In this document: positions 61,957 to 64,000 of the stretch, in pieces
Layout: every line of letters starts with the position of its first letter
Numbering within the stretch: the stretch's first letter is position 1
Assembly: GCA_050011875.1 (NCBI GenBank)
Contig: JBEKIG010000005.1
Location: 32,001-96,000 of the forward strand
DNA from: Nitrososphaeria archaeon
GTDB lineage: Archaea > Thermoproteota > Nitrososphaeria > JACIWG01
Length of the DNA stretch: 64,000 nt
Direction of reading: 5' to 3'
Program-made: the position numbers and the translations under genes
Notes under the pieces: model-generated
Databases searched by the model: none
Seen by the model: only the letters and a program-made list of their open reading frames with translations
What the model was told of the DNA's origin: nothing

Positions 61957-63306
61957 GTGACGTCTGGAAAGATCTTAAATTGGAACGACCTATTTGCGGC
62001 CGAACCCGATAGGGTGGCTCTTGAGATTGTTGAATGCGGACTAGAAGCGGCTAACCCCTATTCTTCAGTAGTTGAGACTTTATCAACAATTTTAAAGCAG
62101 ATGAAAATTCACAAGACGATAGTAGTTGTCGGTTTTGGCAAAGCAAGTTATCAAATGGCGTTGGCTTGCGAGAATGTTTTGAGCGAAGTAATCAAAGCTG
62201 GAGCTGTTATAGTTCCAAAGGGATCAGTAAAAGATTGCAGGTTGAAAAAAATAAAGATACTTGAAGGAACTCACCCTATTCCAACGGAACTTAACGTGAA
62301 TTCGGCTAAGGAGTTGCTTTCACTTACTGAAGGCCTGAATTCTAATGATCTGGTTCTATGTCTAATATCAGGAGGCGGCTCCGCGCTCTTTACATATCCT
62401 GCAAAGGGCGTTACATTGTATGATGAACAGGAAATGACGAAATTGATGCTCGCAGCAGGCCTAACCATTCAAGAAATCAACTGTATAAGAAAACACATTT
62501 CAGACGTTAAAGGCGGTCAGTTTGCACGTCACATTTATCCAGCCCACGTCATCAGCCTTGTTCTATCAGATGTTGTCGGAGACGAGTTGAGTTCAATAGC
62601 TTCAGGTCCAACTTCTCCCGATCCTTATACATTCGAGGACGTCTATTCATTATTCGGGAAGTATCACATCTTAGAAAAAGTCCCTAAGAACATCTTGAAT
62701 CGGATAACACGGGGGGTGGACGGAAGGATACCCGATACTCCGAAGACTGATGACAGGATATTCAGTAAAGTAACCAACATCGTTGTCGCCAATAACACTA
62801 AAGCCTTACAGGCCATGGCTAACAAAGCTAAATCGTTAGGTTTGAAGACGATGATACTAACCTCGTACTTAGAAGGTGAGGCCAGAGAAGTTGGTAAGGT
62901 TATAGGATCGATAGGGAAGCAGATAATAAATCAAAACGTCCCATTGGAACCCCCCTGTATCGTTTTCTTAGGCGGAGAAACAACGGTCACGCTTAGAGGA
63001 AACGGCAAGGGTGGAAGAAACCAGGAAATGGCTCTATCTTTTGCTTTGGCAATAAAAGGATTACCCCATATAAGATTCGTTTCCATTGGCAGCGATGGCA
63101 TAGATGGAAACAGTGACGCGGCAGGAGCAATAGTGGACGGGTTCACAATCAGTAAAGCTTTGGGAATAGGATTTGATCCTTTAAAGTTCCTTGAAAATAA
63201 CGATTCGTACACTTTCCTAAAACAGCTTGGCTGCCTTATAATGACCGGACCAACCGGTACAAATGTGAACGACTTATCATTCCTGATGGTCCTAAAGGAA
63301 GAATAA
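61957..63306 (+). CDS. gck: Glycerate 2-kinase (MOFRL family)
   Basis: GKA, HP.P, ISGGGSAL, DVVGD, GGETTV, GGRNQE, TGPTGTNVND. Confidence 0.93.
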   Translation: MTSGKILNWNDLFAAEPDRVALEIVECGLEAANPYSSVVETLSTILKQMKIHKTIVVVGFGKASYQMALACENVLSEVIKAGAVIVPKGSVKDCRLKKIKILEGTHPIPTELNVNSAKELLSLTEGLNSNDLVLCLISGGGSALFTYPAKGVTLYDEQEMTKLMLAAGLTIQEINCIRKHISDVKGGQFARHIYPAHVISLVLSDVVGDELSSIASGPTSPDPYTFEDVYSLFGKYHILEKVPKNILNRITRGVDGRIPDTPKTDDRIFSKVTNIVVANNTKALQAMANKAKSLGLKTMILTSYLEGEAREVGKVIGSIGKQIINQNVPLEPPCIVFLGGETTVTLRGNGKGGRNQEMALSFALAIKGLPHIRFVSIGSDGIDGNSDAAGAIVDGFTISKALGIGFDPLKFLENNDSYTFLKQLGCLIMTGPTGTNVNDLSFLMVLKEE

Positions 63307-63408
63307 TCTCCAAATCGGCAATTTTTTCATTATGACCTAAAGGCAACTTCCCATGCATCAATAATGCATTCGGGCGTGGATTACTTTTCTAATTCCTTAG
63401 TCATCAAG

Positions 63409-63750
<342 letters not shown>

Positions 63751-63777
63751 TCATTCCACCAGATCCGACGTCCTCCC

Positions 63778-64000
63778 TTATGAAGTTGCATAAGCCTTCT
63801 CTCCGTGTTGGGATATGTCAAGACCCACCTTTTCTTCATCTGGCTTAACACATATTCCGATGGTCTTGTCGAGAACTTTGAAGATGATTAGAGACATTAT
63901 AAAGGCATATCCCCAAACTGCAGCGACGCCTATGAGTTGAATTCCCAGTTGTCCAGCGTTGCCAAAAAAGAGGCCGTTGGTCCCTCCTATATCAGCTTCA
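63778..64000 (-). CDS. amtB: Ammonium transporter, C-terminal part (runs off window)
   Basis: GLFFG..QL.IQ..EE..GLD.SQHGEKAY. Confidence 0.93.
   Translation of the reverse strand, partial: EADIGGTNGLFFGNAGQLGIQLIGVAAVWGYAFIMSLIIFKVLDKTIGICVKPDEEKVGLDISQHGEKAYATS

Overview
Archaeal chromosomal window, judged by gene content and protein style to be Thermoproteota and plausibly Bathyarchaeia-like (inference). The left half (1-32.6 kb) is a decaying accessory region of surface and S-layer proteins, glycosylation genes, many gene fragments and a few redox/sugar genes. A glycosyltransferase cluster follows (32.7-44.8 kb). The right part is housekeeping: a complex I-ordered (nuoABCDHIJK-N-L-M) group 4 [NiFe]-hydrogenase operon, hypA, glyoxylate reductase, glycerate kinase and glnK-amtB. 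The most striking unexplained structure is at 9.5-12.8 kb. Two helically phased short-repeat arrays (about 39 TTTACG/CGTAAA sites, then CAGCCATCAT units) are each preceded by a copy of a shared ~63-bp cassette, and they lie upstream of an HTH/coiled-coil-repeat gene and a coiled-coil/Zn-finger gene. A homologous array sits in front of a tandem-HTH ORF at 32.5 kb, and a related TTTGACG cluster lies at 42.5 kb. Also notable: an S-layer-like domain reused behind different passenger domains, an enolase paralog with a remodelled active site, and a HypA lacking its Ni-binding His2. No rRNA, tRNA, CRISPR array, integrase or transposase was recognised.
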